A stretch of DNA of 64,000 nt from Thalia democratica (taxonomy: Eukaryota): positions 46,004,001-46,068,000 of the forward strand of contig OZ241828.1 in the NCBI GenBank assembly GCA_965202585.1. Direction: 5' to 3'. The position numbers and the translations under genes are program-made. Each line of letters opens with the position of its first letter. Position 1 is the first letter of the stretch. Shown one piece after another: positions 61,250 to 64,000 of the stretch. Under the pieces are notes generated by a model. That model saw only the letters and a program-made list of their open reading frames with translations, ran no database searches and was not told the DNA's origin.

Positions 61250-63107
61250 CTAAATAGTTCAAAACTTTCTTTTTGAATATATCATAAAAAAAATATAAAT
61301 TAAACAGTTTATATATATTTCAAAGATATAACTATAAATCATCACGGACAAACGTATAAAGTATTGATTAAAAAAATATTCTAAAATTTATATAATTATA
61401 TAACTAAGTTTCAAATTCCAATATACCAAACATAAATCTAGAAAGTAATAGGTATATTTCATGTTATATTTAAAATTAAAACAAAAACTTTATTAAGTAT
61501 GCTTTAAGTATAATATGTTAGAGTCAAAATACTTCCTGAAACAATAAGAATTGATGCAAATAATTATACAAACTTTACAATTTATATGACGTAATAACTT
61601 ATTTAAAATGATTCGGCTAGTTAATCTTTTAAATCGCTGTAAACTATGTTAATTGTTAAGCTTAATTTAGTTGTGTAAATGGTTTGCAGTAATTAGGTAG
61701 AAATGAATAATTTTCCGGTTTACAAAGCCCGGGAAATTTATATTTTACACAACTATTACATATTGACACAAAACTAATCAAAATGAAACAGACTGTCAGA
61801 AAATAGTAAACGAATGAAAATTAAAAACTAGGCATGTAATCTAAACGTCAATAAACTGATAAAATATGCTCAAATTTTCCTCTTTAACTTGATTTGTTTT
61901 TAAGTTTGTTGTGTACATTTAAGAAGTGTAGTTTTTGACATATACTTTATTTTTACATATAAGGCTTTAGGTTTATCAATTTTTTTAAATTCTTTTATTT
62001 CAAGTGTACACTGGTACATACTTTACAGTCATTTTTTTAAGAAAAAAGCTCTTGTTCTACTAATAATATCCCATTTTATTTTGTAGTTTAAGTTTTTTGT
62101 CATACTGCTTCCAAATATAATTTGCTGAAGACATGTTTCAAAACATTCTAAAAGTTATGAAAAGAATAGGAAGAAAGAGCTTAACCTCAGAAATAAGAAA
62201 AATTTTAGAACCTAATTAGTGTAAAAAAGATTTCATCATCTGTTTTACTTCCTTTTTTTTTAATTTGTCAACAAATATTTATGATTTATTTATTTTTATA
62301 AAGACAACACTCTAGATAACTGAATAAAATATTTTTGTAAACACGTAAAAACAAATTCGAAAAGTTATTGTAACAACCAAATTAAAAACAAGGTGAAAAA
62401 TATATAAAATTATATGAACATTATCCTATAATAACAATTGAGATAAAAAACTGATTTGTCGCTTTTTTTATTTAAATTGATTAAACTAAATATTGTTATT
62501 TCAATAAAAATGTCTAAAAGCTTAAAGTGTTTAAGTAAAAGCAAAAATTTTAGCAAATAATTTCAGAATTTTGGAAAAGTTTATTAAAATTGTAAGTTTA
62601 CGCATAGTTAACTTTTTTAAATAAAGTTAGCAATTTTCTTATATTTATTTTGAAAGGTAGTTTTATGAGTTTTCATAAAAGGCAACAAAATAGGAATTAT
62701 AGGAGGTGTGTAGCAACATAAACTATCATGTGTACTATTCTCATACATTAAAATTCTGGTTATTTTTGAAGTTTTAACATAACTGCATACTTAATATAAA
62801 ATAAAACTAGAAGTAGTTTAAATCACACTGTACCTCATATGACGCCATCAGGCGTAGGCCCTGATTTTTTTGTTATTTTGCAGATTTGTAACTTTTTCGA
62901 GTTAGCTACGTCTCAATACTGCGCTAATAAAAAATCTTTTATTTATGAGGGGCACATAAGTGGCAACACGCGATGAGTTATAGGGGTTGTGGAGAAATAT
63001 AAACTGCCTTGTTATCTCTTATAACTTAATACTTCGTTTACTTGTGAAGTTCTAAAATAACTGCATTCTTTAGAATATTTTACAACAATATTAGAGGTAG
63101 CTTAAAT

Positions 63108-63624
63108 GGGAACGAAGACAAAATTTCATGAGGTTACTAAATTGCACGAGGACGATTTTTCACCATGGGTCAATTTTGCACGAGTTAAATTTTTGCACGA
63201 GAGTAAAAAGTTACAGAAGATAAATGAAAAAATAAAAATAAAACTAGAAGACAATTTAATAATAAAAAAGGAATAAAAAGTTACTGACCGAGGGTAAGGT
63301 TAGGGGTAACAGTGGTAGTAAAATAAAAAAATAACTAATATAAATTATTAAAAAATATATATATATAATTAATTAATTAGATAAAAAAAGCTACCGGCCG
63401 AGGGTAAGGCTTAGGGGTAACAGTGATTGTAAAAGAAAAAAAATTGAAATCAAAAAAAAAATCAATCCCTGCAAAAATGTCTCCGTGCAAAATTGTGTGC
63501 TCGTGCAAAAGTATCTTCGTGCAATTTTATCCCCTCGTGCAAAAGTGTCTTCGTGCAAAAGTATCTTCGTGCATTTTTGTACACTCATGCAATTTTGTAG
63601 CTCGTGCAAGTTTGATAGCTACCC
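63108..63624. mobile_element. MULE-like MITE, 9-bp TSD
   Basis: GGGAACG...GCTACCC. Flanks AGCTTAAAT (63099-63107) and AGCTTTAAT (63625-63633). CGTGCAAAA subterminal repeats and GAGGGTAAGG(T/C)TAGGGGTAAC internal repeats are present. Confidence 0.75.
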
Positions 63625-64000
63625 AGCTTTAATAGCTCTGTACCCCTTAGGACGTCATCAATCGACGTACTTTATGTAATTAATTCTTTTTTTGTAGCTT
63701 GGTAACTTTGTTGAGCTTGCTACGTCCCTGGTACACACTAAATCTCGAAAACGACTGAGAATAAACGAACAAAAATTAGTTTGAATATGATTCAAGCAAA
63801 TAACACACAAACATTATTTAAATAATCCAAAATCTATTCAAATCTTATTTTTATTTAAAATAAAATCTATTACTTCAACATATTAATTATTTCTTAATGT
63901 GAAAAGGGTAAAAATTCTAACAAAACTTTAAGGTACACACTTCACATAAGATACTTTATCAATATGCCTATTCTAACTATTTGTTTATTTAATTCACATT

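Noticed and set aside
61250-64000. Upstream OGA exon carrying the catalytic DD motif and ...FCPT
   Set aside because: Not found by eye in this interval; it is presumably beyond the window end.

Overview
Very AT-rich, transposon-dense animal genomic DNA. The mix of Kolobok-, hAT-, MULE- and Penelope-type elements suggests a Hydra-like cnidarian (inference only). Two host genes are supported. (1) A single-exon 438-aa ORF at 10361-11677 (+) resembles TOP6BL/C11orf80, the SPO11 partner in meiotic double-strand break formation. (2) The 3' 13 exons of O-GlcNAcase (OGA/MGEA5) lie on the minus strand, 61249 down to 28984; all phases and GT-AG sites check out by hand (2315 nt, about 770 aa), and the N-terminal catalytic exons lie beyond the window. 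The rest is nested DNA transposons (TTAA-flanked, 8-bp-TSD and 9-bp-TSD classes), Penelope-like retroelement relics with hammerhead-ribozyme relics, and LTR gag/protease relics. Most notable: an intact type I minimal hammerhead ribozyme in OGA-sense orientation in an OGA intron (53207-53247); a perfect 43-bp-arm hairpin 180 nt from it; a hAT insertion whose target-site duplication copied an OGA 3' splice site, with the decoy copy mutated exactly at the AG; and an OGA intron at the same position and phase as the human intron that generates short OGA. All analysis was by eye; no searches were run.
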